Of a stretch of 48,702 nucleotides of DNA, positions 24,902 to 37,200 are shown piece by piece. Source of the DNA: Guillardia theta CCMP2712 (Eukaryota; Protista; Cryptophyta). The DNA lies in the NCBI RefSeq assembly GCF_000315625.1, contig NW_005434615.1, positions 444,344 to 493,045 of the forward strand, given 5' to 3'. The position numbers and the translations under genes are program-made. The notes beneath the pieces are model-generated. The model ran no database searches. It worked only from the letters and a program-made list of their open reading frames with translations, and had not been told where the DNA came from. Numbering within the stretch: the stretch's first letter is position 1; each line of letters starts with the position of its first letter.

Positions 24902-26877
24902 TTAGTTGGTTGGGGCGCCAATCTCCAGGAAAGTATTCACATACTGCTTGGCAGCTCTTGTCCAGCTGTAGTCCTTGGCAGCAGCCATGGCGTTGACCTG
25001 CATCTGCTTGTACTTGTCCTTGTTGCCGTACAAGGAAATGGCGCGGTTGAAGTTCTTCACGAGCATCTCGACATCCGCAGGGGTGATGTCGTCCTGATCA
25101 ACCTCGTGCTCCATTACCAACCCGGTCTCCATGTCACTGACGGTGTCCAGCAAACCTCCAGTAGGGCAAACGATGGGCAAAGTTCCGAACCTCATTCCCT
25201 CCATTTGCACCAGACCGCAGGGCTCATACCTAGAGGGCATGATGGCGAAGTCAGCGGCGGCGTAGGTCTTGTACTTCTCCTGGCCCTTGAAGGAGAGGAC
25301 AGCCTTGAAATTGTTGGGATATCTCTCCTCCAGTTCCGCAGCAACCTCCTCCAGCTCCTCAATGCCAGAGCCCATGGTGACAAACTGAGCGTTCATGCCT
25401 CCCTTGAGCGCTGAATCGATGGCCTCGAACATGATGTCAACTCCCTTCTGTGCATCGAGACGTCCCATGAAAACAAACATGGGGATGTTCTCGTCAACAG
25501 CAAAGCCCTAAGACATGTCAGACTTAACAATACAAATACAAGTTCACTCACCAACGACTTCTGCATGGCAGTCTTGCCCTGGGCCTTCTTCTCGAGACTG
25601 GCACCGTCGTACATGATGTCGAGTCCGAGCTCAGCGTTGCTTGGGTTGACGATGTCCTCAACGCCGTTCAAGATGCCCTTGATGCCAGTCTTGGTCAGGA
25701 TCTTCTCGAGCTCAGCACCCTTGGCGGAGCTGGAGGCAACCTCCTTGGCATACTGAGGGGAAACGGTGAGGACGGCATCGGAGAACTTGATGGCTCCAGT
25801 CAAGAAGTTGAGGACGTCCATGGGAGGGTTGGGGATCTCGACGGACTCCTTCAAGCCCTTGGAAGCCTTCTTTTGACGTCCAACCTTGAGGGGCTGCTTG
25901 GTGACCATTTCGTCCACCATCGCCTGGGGGAGACGAAGACGGGAGGCAGCGTTGGGATCATAGGGGAAGCGACCCTGGAATACCATGTTGTGAAGAAGGC
26001 AAGCGCTCTTGGCCTTGAACCATCCAGTGCCCTCCTTCTGAGCCTTCTTCAAGTACATGGGTACCAAGGCAGCATGCCAGTCATTGGCAACGAAAATGAC
26101 ATCCTGGCCATAGGGGTATCCGCCGAGAGAAAGCTTCTCGGTTGCAGCCATTGCAGCAGCGCAGAACATAGCGAACCTGAGCTGATTGTCCTCGTAGTCC
26201 TTGCCCCACTTGGGACCATAGAGCTTCTGCTTGGACAATCCCCAAACCTTCTCCAAGAAGAGAGGATGGTCAACAAACACGCGGTCGACACCCTTCTTGA
26301 AGGCGTGGAAGAAGCGGACGGTGGTGGTGGTGTCCCCCAAAGGAACTTCAGCGGTAAACTCAGTGTCCCAGGCATCGTAGTACTGATCGTAGCGGGGAGC
26401 AATGGACATCACACGATGTCCCAGCTTGGCAAGGGCGCGAGGAAGACCGTCACAAACCTGAGACAAGCATGTCAGATGCTTTGAATTTCAGACACAAACA
26501 AGACCCACCGCTCCGAGTCCTCCAGTCACAGACCACGGGGCGATCTCAGCAGACACGAACACAATCTGAAGCTTCTGGTCGGGAACAATGGCATCGGAAC
26601 CGGCACCACCACGGAGGGACATGCGAAGATCCTCGCAAGTCATGAAGTTACGGGTCACCTTGCTGCCACCCTGGGGCACGTAGGCTTCTGGATCCCCATA
26701 CTTGTCATCCTCACCCTTGCCCTCCTTGGACAAGCGGAGTGCACTGCGAGTGAGCGATGGGATTCTGTGGGATGAAGAGAACGAAGACACGCCAGTGGAA
26801 GCGTTGGAAGGGGTGAGAGAGAGGAGGGAGAGGGAGAGGGAGAGGACTGCCGCCGCTGACAGAACGGAACGGCGCAT
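24902..26877 (-). CDS. GBSS: Granule-bound starch synthase (GT5) with bipartite signal and transit peptide; introns 26458-26508 and 25508-25551
   Basis: IVFVSAEIAPWSVTGGLG, GHRVMSIAPRYDQY, KGVDRVFVDHPLFL, DYEDNQLRF, FVANDWH, HNMVFQGRF, TVSPQYAKE, GILNG, GRLDAQKG, PSRYEPCGL, TGGLLDTV. Both introns are in-frame GT-AG. Confidence 0.95.
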
Positions 26878-28459
26878 GGCAGCGGGTTGGGATGCAGCAC
26901 AGCACCGCGAGGAAGCTTGAGGGCAGAAGAAAGAGCAGGGGGACCCGCCAGCAGCATGAAGGGTTACGTTGGGGGGAGGGTACTGGGACCCCTGTTGAAT
27001 CCCTGCAAAAGCAGGGTAGGGGTGCCATCACCCACCTACTCTCTTCCATGATTTTGACACTGGGTGGTGATCTTGCGATGGGGAAGCAGTACTGTAATAT
27101 ATTTAAGTAAACTTTTGTTTACTAATTGAATCCCCTTTAATACCACAAAAAGTTTAGATATCAAAATCGTGCGGTGTTTTGGTGGTCTCAGTGATGAGGC
27201 ACATTGGGAGAGGGTAGGAGGGTAATCGGGGCGTATGGGGGTCGTAAAAAAGGGGTCCAGACCCTCAGGGGAGGTAGGGTGCTAACAAGCCCTACCCCTA
27301 CATATGACCAATTAACAACGGGAAGGGTGGGGTATAGAGACCACCCCATCAGTACGAAATGAGGGTTATCAACAAAGATTTTAAAGATGGGGGCGAGATG
27401 GTATCATTCTCAGACCCCAATAGGTAGGAAATAGGACTTCCTACTGATGATTGATAACCACCCGTTCTATCATCATGCAGGGACGGGGTCCACGGTTGTT
27501 GGGACTCGAAGTGTGAATGATCGCAGTGGACCCGGGGTGGGGTGGTTTTCGAGGAATTTGTAGGGTGGGGTGAAGGATCCTAGTCGTAGGCGTAGATTCA
27601 GTTTTGACACTACAGAAGGGGGTAAAGGAAGGTGTGATCGGGGGTGGGGTGGTCTTATGAAGGTACGACAAATACGCCTCGGTAAAGGCAAAAAGGTGTT
27701 GCAGTGGTGGGGGTGGGACAAGGGATGGTGTAGGGGTACGAGAGCCCTCCCCTCTGGGAGGTGTAAATGTACTTTCACATGAACCTGGGGGGTAGGGTGG
27801 TAGAGAGGGGTAGTCGAATGATGAAGCTCTCAATGCTCGCCGAAGTTCGACATTTGCTGTAGATGGTAGGGTGATGACGGCGAGAAGGAGGGGTTCACCA
27901 TGGCGGAAGGGGACCGATCAGGACGTCGAACTGTTGCAGGTACGAAGGTAAGGCATTTCCTTGTAGGGGGGTAGGGTAATGAAAGATGGGGTGGGTACAG
28001 GGTGGGTGAAGGTTATGTTGAGCTACAAATAGTGAGGGTGGGGTAGTGGGATGGGACGCAAAGACTCGAAAGGGGGCAAGGCTCTGACGTCGTTTCAGTC
28101 GATTGGAGAGACAATACGATACCAGGGGGTGGGGTGGATAGGGGATTCCCTTTAGAGCGTCAGACTGAACCCTGAGGCAGGAAATAGGGGGTGGGGTGGT
28201 GGCAATTCCCGAAACTTGACGTCCGGCAGTGTGCAACATGGGGGTGGGTGGATACGAGGGGGGCTGAGGGTTGGTTTGGGGAGTCGCGGAATGAATCATG
28301 AGCTCCCGGAATGCTGAAAGAGTAGGATTAGGCTGTTGACTAAACATTCATGGTTCAATCAAATGGGGTTTTGAGGGGCCCAATCAAAAAGGGACGGTTC
28401 ATTCTTTGTTGACCCTCAAAGATCCTCGTGGGACGGTCGGACTCCAGTAGCCTGTCACG

Positions 28460-28860
28460 GAAGTCACGCGCGAGTCACCACTGTGACCGAACAAAGACTC
28501 TTAGCAAGTTGCCGGGGTGCCACGGTGACTCGGCGTGACTCGCCCGGCACGGCCGCCGGGCGGGGGCGGCCGGCGGCGGGCCCCGCGGCGCCGGCGGCCC
28601 GGGCCCCGCCGGCCCGACCCGGGCCCCGCTGTACGGTAGCGGCTCGCCGGGGTAGTACGGTAGCCTTTGAAGTCCCAGCCCGGGCGGCGGCTTCAACTTG
28701 CGGCGGCCGCGCCGCGCCGGCCAATCATTGACGGAGCCTTTCAAGGCCCGACTGATGAGTCACCGGGTTCAACGTCCGATCGCCGGAGTCGGCCCGGCGG
28801 ACAGTGACTCCGGCGGCCGCTAGAGAGACTGCTGGCGGATCATAGCAGATCCGGCGGATC
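28460..28860. other. Extremely GC-rich island with recurrent GTGACTC/GAGTCAC and CCGG/GGGCCC palindromes
   Basis: 28551-28629 is almost pure G/C and lies in an intergenic position. Confidence 0.55.
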
Positions 28861-29008
28861 ATCAGTGCATTGAAAGATTTTACTATCATTGATTCATTCA
28901 GTGAAGGGCATCAAGACGAACCCTCGAGAGTTTACAAGTTGAAGTCAGGGAAGAGGGCACAGGTGATGAGCATGTACAGGAGCTGATTGACCGTCATACG
29001 GTTGGCCA

Positions 29009-32000
29009 TCAGTACGAGGTCGGGACGAGGACGTAGCCGCATGTCATGTCGCCGTTTCTGTCTCGCGGGTCGCAGGGGACGAAGTCGATCGCTTGTGACT
29101 TCTTCACTCTCCATCCCAGCCGAGACAAGAATCGCCTGACATGCTGCTGATCCTCGGGCACCTGATGGTCCAACAGGCTCTCGTAGGAGCTTGGCCAGTC
29201 CAGCACCGTCGGCAAGGTGAGGAGGGAGTGACTCAAGTAGAGCGATCGAGCGCTCTGGAAGGCAAGCGAGTCTTTCCAGTCGCTCTCCATCCGCTCGAAG
29301 GGGCTCTCGTCGACTATGTCTTGAGCGCTGAGGATAGCCTCCAGTAGCCTCCCGCACACGTGGACCGTGTTGACCTCTGCTGTCTGCTCCAGCTGCTCCG
29401 CCAGGTTCGCCGCGTCTCCGAGCAGGTGGAAGCGAGCTTGCGACCTGCCCAGCAGCCCGCAGGCAACGTCGCCGATGCCGATGCCGATCCTGCAGTTGAG
29501 CTGATGCCTGCGAGACTCGTTGTACCTCTTGAGAGTGGAGATCATCTTGCGAGCGAGGTCGAGCACAAGCAGGCAGGTCGTCTTCGTCTCGTCTCTGGTC
29601 TGCCAGTCGTCGCCGTCAGGCAGCCACCCGGCCACTATGTACGCGTCTCCGATGGTGTCCATCTTGTAGAGCTGGAGGGTGACGACGCTCTTGTCGAAGC
29701 TCGAGAAGATTTCGTGGATCATCCGGGCCAGCAGGAGGGGGTTGAGGTCTCTTGACATTGTAGTGAACTTGCAAATGTCGAGCTGAAGGACAACCGCCTT
29801 CTTCATGGCGCAGCGAGACTCGAGGGGCTTGAGCAGGAGATCCTCTGCCACACTCTGAGGCATCAGGTCCCCCAGGATCTTCTGGAGCTTCCGGAGCTCG
29901 ATGGCGTAAGCCTTGTAGAGCCTCCAGTGGATCCGCTCGACGCGCTCGAACTTTCGCTTGAGGGTCCAGGACGTGAAGCAGGTCAGGAGGAGCTCGAGGA
30001 CGATCGCTCCTCGTCCCTCCTTGTGGCTCTTGAGCGAGATGAGGAGGATGGGCACAGAGCCTGCCACGAGGTTGATGTAGAGGTTCTGCTGCCGGGAGAC
30101 GCCGCTGACAAGCGAGTGAAAGCTCGAGAAGACGCAGGTAAAGATTATGCTCCAGCCGTCGTCTGCCCCATGCAGATTCGCGTACAGGGAGGAGAGGAAG
30201 AAAAGAAGCTTGATGCCGATGAAACTCCACTGGCATGTCTCCCATGTGCATCGCTCAAGAAACGCGAAGGTGATGAGAAGTAAGCTCAGTACAAAGTTCA
30301 AGCACAAATTTGCTGTGAGGATGCGGAACACCATGCTCCTCTCCTCCTCCACCTCCTCGGGAAGGTCTCTTGCCGCCGCCTGCCATCCACCAGAGAAGTT
30401 GATAGCAACGAACTGGATGAGGACAGCGCAAGAGTGGACGACGACGCCGAGGCAGAGGAATCTGCGGTGCTTCGCCGTGTAGCTCGCAAGGAACTTTCGC
30501 TCAGTCTGCGCGTGCACGAAGCAAGACTCGCTCGCGTCAATCTCATAGCGGGCCCCTCGAATCACCTTAAGCGTCGAGCTGCTCAGAAAGTCGATGTCCC
30601 TGGCATGCGAGAGGTCTAACGCCTGCCAGGCGGAGGGGGAAGAGGAGGTTGAGGAGGCCATCGTGGGACTGGAGCAGCACGACTCCTTCCTCGGCTCGAA
30701 GGAGGTGTAGCTGTCCTCAGCCCTCTTCACTTCGTCAACCTCCATGCGACCCAGACCTTTGATGTCGAGATGCTTGTAAGCCTGACACGTCAGGCTGTCT
30801 CGATGCTCATCGATCAGCTTGGAAAATTCTGGAGTGCACAAGACGCGGTTGGCAGGCGAGTGCTTGCACAGGCGAGCTGCGATGTTGGTTGTGTTCCCGT
30901 ACACACAGTAGTACTTGCGATGAATCCCCACGATGGCTCCAGCAACGTCGCCGTAGCTAATCCCGACCTTAAGGCTCAGCTCCGTGTCGTTCAACCTGTA
31001 AAGCTTGACAGTATCAATCAGCTCACAAGCCAGTGACGCCATGGCTGCGGCATGATGCCTCGAGTCTCCATGCTCATCGTTGCTGTCAAGCGGCTTGGAG
31101 GCACGCGGGCACGTGATGATGTACCAGTCGCTGACATGCTGATACTTGTACATGCCATACCTCGACACAGCTGCATCGAACGATTCGAAGATGCTGTTCA
31201 GCAGTTCAAAGCACTGGCCCGCTGGAATCTGCTTGAAGGATTCTCTAGGTTCCACTGAGCAAAACATGACGACACAGTCCTTGATGGTGGTTCCGAACAT
31301 CTTGTCGCTGCTCTTGTTGCCTGCGAGCTTGCCGACCACGCTTTCCGGCACGAGGTTCTTCACAATCCTCCTGTTCTCTTCTGCGACGTACTTGGTCTTC
31401 TTGGCTAAGATGAACTTTTGAATCTCTTCTTGATAGTTGCGACAACAGACAACAGAGCTTGCAACGCCTATGACGAGCTGGAACAAAACGAGCGCATAGT
31501 CTGCCGAGAGGGTAGAGCCAGAAAGAAAGATGACAAATAAGAGAGAGAGAGTCGAGAAGAGACACAGAGCAAGCGCAGCCTTGCCGCTTGCTCGGAAGAT
31601 GATCGAGTTGATTGAAGAGATGAGAAGCAGGACGGCTCGATGACCTCCCGTCACCATGTTGCCACATCCAGAGCTCTCAAACGATGGCCAGAACCACAAT
31701 GTTCGCAAAGGATCCAGGTCTCTACAGTTGCGAATGCTCCAGCCCTTCTGCACCGACCTGCTCACTTGGATCCATGGAGCTGGTCCTTGCTTCCTGTAGC
31801 TGGCTTGAAGGTCTTCGAGGAGATAGGGCACTGTGGCGGTGACGACCGAGAATGCAAGGAACGCAACGACGATGAAGTCATAGTTGCGCATGTTCCACAA
31901 CCTGAACTTCTTGTCGCTGAGAGTCCTACCCAAGAAGAAGCAGAAGAGGGAGTTAAGTAAGAAGGGGCAGTAGGTCAGCGAGTAGACCACTAACTTCTTC

Positions 32001-32189
32001 CCTGCTGCCAGCGCTTGAAAGCCTTTTAGGATGAAAACGAGAAGATATGCAGGAGTTGCGTATTTGATGCAAAATTGAATTTCTGTGGTGGAGTAACGTG
32101 CTTCTTGAAATTCGCACTTCCAATCTTCCCGAAAAGTTGTGACGCTGATCATGTCCAAGTGGTCTCGGTCGTGATTGCGCTTTCCAAGA

Positions 32190-32225
<36 letters not shown>

Positions 32226-32311
32226 AATGACTCAGGTTTGAGATATGTCATTGTTTTGATATGTGACAGATGCAACTTGTTCCTGTTCAAAACCCAAGTC
32301 CTGACATTCAA
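29009..32311 (-). CDS. Class III membrane nucleotidyl cyclase with two TM blocks and two catalytic domains, probably a guanylyl cyclase; true start may use upstream exons near 32548
   Basis: 1100-aa ORF. Domain 1: VMFCSV...KYQHVSDWYI...KVGISYGDVAGAIVG...YCVYGNTTNIAARL. Domain 2: LQLDICKFT...KMDTIGDAYIV...RIGIGIGDV...FHLLGDAANLAEQLE. Hydrophobic blocks precede each domain. Confidence 0.92.
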
Positions 32312-32929
32312 AGGTTATTCCAGTCTTTTTGCTGATATTCGGTGACCATTCGAAATGAGTCCGATCGCTGAAAAGCAAGAAAGTCACAAATGCAAAAAGG
32401 CCATGTCAAATGTTTGTATGAGAACATCAAAACAAGAATGATTGAACGGTATGGATTCCTACAGCAGATTTGAGCATCTTCCACAACAGCATCTTTCTAC
32501 TGAAAAGGAGCATATGAACTAACTGTTGCTTCCTACTCCTCCCGCCATCCTCGCTACAAGTTTTCTTTGCAATCAACCCTGTACCCACCACTGTCCGATT
32601 GGACCCCTTTGCTATCAGTCAAAATGACCCCTCCTGTGAGGGGGGTTCCTATGAAGCACCCCTAGTCCGGTAAACCCAATGCAGAAAAAGAAAAGGTCAG
32701 ATACCCCACCCATGAAAATGACCCCACCCGTTCCATACCAGTTTAGTACCCCCTTATTTTACCATTGAAATTTGGGTCAAAAGTACCCCTACCCTCCCAT
32801 GCAGTGGTGTTAAGGTGGCTGGTCTTAACTAACCTTCGATGTATTCACGAAAACACTCGTTTTCGAGCTTCTTGACTGGTGGTTCAGTGAGGGGATGAGG
32901 GTATTTGACTGTCAGCGCATGCCTGACAT

Positions 32930-33580
32930 CCCACTACCCCTCATACCCCTCATACCCCTCATACCCCTCATTCCCTGCCTCATCCCCCCTCATCTCCCCT
33001 CATCCCTGCCCTCATCCAGCACCTGTTCTGGCCAGTGTTCTGCAGAGTGTTCTGGCCCTCATCTGCTGCAGATCTGCTGCCTCATCTGGGCCAGTCATCT
33101 GGCCCTCATCCTCCCTTCCTGCTCCCTTCTCTCTGCAGCTCCTGTGCAGCTCCTGTACTGCTGCTGTACCTCTCTGCCTGTACCTGCTCCTGCAGCAGCT
33201 CCTGCAGCAGCTCCTGCAGTGCTTCTGTACCCGCTCCTGTCTCTGCTCCTGTGCCCTCGCCTGTATCATGCTCCTGTACCTCCTGCTGTACAGCCTGCTG
33301 TACCTGCTCCTGTACCTGCTCCTCTCTCCTATTCTCTCCTCCTCTTACACATCCTCCTTCCTCTACTCTACTCTCGTGCCTATCTCTCTTACTGTCTTCT
33401 CCTGTGCCTCTTTCCTTTTACACCGCTTCTTGTACCTCCTCTCCTCCTATTCCTCCTTCGTGTGTACTCCTGGATCAATTTCTCTCCTGATGTAACTCCT
33501 TGCGACTCATCCTCCTCCTGTACCTCCTGAATTTTCTCCCTCTCCCCTCTCCCTTCTCCCCTCTCCCCTCTTCTCATGTA
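32930..33580. repeat. Low-complexity C/T-rich region with (cccctcata)n and degenerate 12-mers (ctcctgtacctg / ctcctgcagcag)
   Basis: Short tandem repeats visible. Confidence 0.7.
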
Positions 33581-34204
33581 CCTCCTATCTCGTGATGTAC
33601 ATACTTATGTCATGACCCAGTTCTCCCACTTCCTCTTGTTTTCTATCTCTACTTCCCTTGCTACTCCCAGGAACCCTCGTTTTAGTTCTTTGTCTTTCCT
33701 CTCCTCCTTATCTCTTTCCTTTCATTGGAGGAGAAAGAGGTCGAAGGTGAGAGAAAGGAAGATGATGTGAGGCAAGACAAGATGGAAGAGAACTTCAAGG
33801 GCAGGTGTTCGAAATTGCGTCGCTCACTTGTATCAGCTCTAGTTATCGAACACCTCTTCCCACGTCAGAGAAGGCCTTGAAGCTGATGCATGTCGATGAC
33901 TTGTGCCGGCAACGTGATCATGTGTGTTTGGCATCAATGAAGTCATCACTGCTCACCGATATGACCTCACACTGAGCGATTCACACGCCTGAATTCTCGC
34001 CTGCTGGTTCCGTCTGAACTCACAGGTCAAAGTCTCCTGGAGGTTGCGGTGGGGATGGGTCGTGAGGCATCGAAGATCCGACAAGACCACGACTGATCCG
34101 AGCGATCGAGCGAGCGAGCGGAGAGAGGAGGTAGAAACCTCAAACGTCGTTCTCATGAGACATACAGGTTGCTTTCATTCTCATCAATATTATTACAGGT
34201 AAGG

Positions 34205-37200
34205 TTAGCAAACTGGTGACATCCCTCTGCTTCTTTCGCATGCGGCCAGGCACACGTTAGAGCCTTTGAGCACGGATGAGCTTGAGTTGAGGATGCCGAG
34301 GTCGGGGTTCAAGCTTTGCAAGCTCGCAAGTGAGGATCGGAAGGCGCAGGCGAGTGCTCCAGCCTGTGCGTCTCCCTCCAGCCTTTGCAAAAGCCCCACC
34401 CACACGATGAACTTTCCCCGCTGAGAGAGCAACGGCAGGAGACTCGGGTTGTCCAGTACCGCTTGACTCAACGAACCATTCCTGCAGTCAAGAAACGGAG
34501 GACAAGCAGTGCCCAATACAAGCGAAGAATCATCGTTCAACGTCCACAACCTCATCCAGTTAATGTCGATGCCCAGCTGAACCCGAACTGAGCTGAGAAT
34601 GTTTTCTTCCACGCAATACCTGCACTTGTGCGTCTCCAAACGCATGCAAACAGGCAAACAGCGACGCGAGCAATCAGAATCGTACATGCAAGGCTCCATA
34701 TTGTCCGAGCAAGTTCCGTTACTGATCAACAGCCCGTTCACGTCAAGAGCAGCGACACACAGGAACATGCGGCTTCCTTCTGAGCCTTTCCTGGGAACCA
34801 CTTGCAAGTCCAGCAGACTGGAGTTGGTGGAGATTGAGGGATAACCGACAACCTCGATCGCTCCTTCTTCTTCAACCCACGTCCGCCTAGAAAAGCGCTC
34901 TACTACGATACCCGATGATGGAATGGCGCGACTGACAAACGCTGTCCTAACTGACAGCACGCAGCCGACGTACATGGACATGATCTGATCTTGCAGTAGA
35001 AATCTGTCGAACCAATCAGCTTTCCACACGTGTGTCGTTCGTCGGACGGAGATTGTGAGGTTGAAGTAGTTGCCTGACCAACCCATGGAGGAAGCATCGC
35101 GGATCCCATGTAGCGCGCAGTAAGAAGAGGAGTCTCTCGGATAGAAGCTCAGCCTGACCGTCGTGTTGGCGTTTTGAGCAAGGGGAGCGTACTCAACCTG
35201 CAGCTTCGCCTGGTTGCATCTCGTGTCCACGGGACAGAAGGAGGTCTGGGAGGGAAACCCCCCGCACGTGCAGTAGTCTCGTCCGGGAGGGCAGGACGAG
35301 CAGCAGCTCTGCGATTGCGAGGGACACGAGTCGCTCAGCACCGTCTCCGGCATGCACAAGGTCGGGCTGAGCCTCAAGCCCGTCGGGAGCACCCCCTGCA
35401 CTAGGGCAAAGATCTGGACTGAGTCCTGCGGGTTCGGGTCCCTCGCTACGAGCTCGATGACGATCGAATCCGTCGCGCTGATCTCGATCTGCATGGCTCT
35501 GTCCTTGTACGGGTCCCGCCGATGATCCTCAGCGTAGGAGGCTAGAGGGCAAGGCAGAGAGACGGAGTTACGCGAGCCCCTGGCTCTGAGCGAGATGATA
35601 CAGCCCTGCTGGTTCAGCTGGAAGTAAGGTGGGGCCTGTAGGTTGAGGATCCACCGCTGAATCAAGCTTGCGTAATTGCCAAGAGCGTGTTCACTGACTG
35701 ACATCTGATCCAAACAAGAGGCTTGGAAGGCATAGCACTCCAGCTTGGGCCGCTTCCCCACCCATCTGTGGTACACTGACTTGGAGTTGTCGATGGAATA
35801 AGCAACAATCTTGATGTCTTCGTTCAGATAGATGTTCGGGCAATAGCTGCTCCCAGCACACACGGAATCTACAAAAATTCCATTGCCCTCAGTGATATTG
35901 AGAGAATAAGACAAGGCTGTGGAGACAGGAGAGCTGACGTAAGTGAAACTGCTTGATAAAGGTGCTAGGATGGAGCTGTCGCGTGTAGGATCTTCGAGTT
36001 GGTACTGGGGGTTCACCCTTGGCGTCACCGGAGAGAATCCATAGGGAGAGAACCTGCCGCACTGACTCACTTGCGTCTGATTGCTGGTCAAATTGCTCGG
36101 ATATTCTGTGTACAAGTGAATTTTAACATTGTTTGCGCTGGTAGAACTTTCCACGGTCTCTTGCGTGTTATGACCTAAACAAGCAGGAAAGAAATAGAAC
36201 TCTGAGTCAAACTGATAACCAGAACGATAGGTGAAGTTTTCCTGCGAGGCAGTGTAGGTGAAGGTGGGAATAGGGCCGGATACATGAAACCGAACGCAGT
36301 AAGGTGAGCTGAGAAAGCTGTAGCCACCAGCATGTGTCCTTGCCATGAAGCAGATGTTGTCATTCTCTCCTACCGCTTCACTGCGAGGGGTGTAGTAGTA
36401 CCTGCACTCCAGACGAGAGATCTGCTGGAGGTTGCAGGACCCGCAAGGGAGGTAGGGGGCTATCATTTCATTGAAGCAATCGCTCGAGCTGAAACTCTTT
36501 CTCGTGTTGTTGTACCAGAAGTCTTGGCCGACAGCCAACGCAAAGCCTGGTGCTGCTGTGATCAAGATCTCGTCGACTTGCTGCTCAGTGTAGATGATCA
36601 AATCGGCGTAGCAAGGAGCGGAATCTTGGATGTTGCATACGATGTCTGAATTCCAATTCCTCCAATAAGGCATGTAGGGAGAAGAATCTTGATAAAAAAT
36701 GGAGAAAGCAGCTGTGACGACGGTTCCATTGGAAGTATTCGGAGGAATCGATTGCAATTCCCACCTTTCAACATTGTTCCACATGTAGTCTGACATTTGC
36801 ACTGCGTAAACTTCCGACCAGCCTTGAGTGCTTGAGCTCACTAAGTGAATCGAGGGGCCATACAACGGGTCGAAGTCATGAAAGAGGTCCAGAGCGCGGT
36901 AACGTACAGAGCTATTACATCCCTCAAGTTTGCATAGCACGGGAAACAGCTTGAGCATCTGACCGTCATAATCATGCACCTTGACAAAGACATTCCCGGG
37001 CACAGAGTCATGGGACATGAAGATCGCCAAGGGAAATGATATGTTGGGAGAATAAAAGTTCTGCAATCGGAAGGGAGCGAGTGTAGGGATACAATCATAA
37101 ACGTCTTGTTTCAAGCCTGTACAGTTGTTGCAACAGATCTTGACGTAGGTGGTGAGTAGCGAGGGGTCGTTACACATGACCACACTGTCCTGCCAGTAAT

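Noticed and set aside
3426-26877. Functional lipid/carbohydrate gene cluster (SEC14, GT28, GBSS)
   Set aside because: The genes are about 8-9 kb apart, interspersed with unrelated genes, and show no sign of co-regulation.
32895-33530. Cys/Leu/Pro-rich ORFs in three frames
   Set aside because: Low-complexity C/T-rich DNA lacks stop codons by composition, and no domain is evident.
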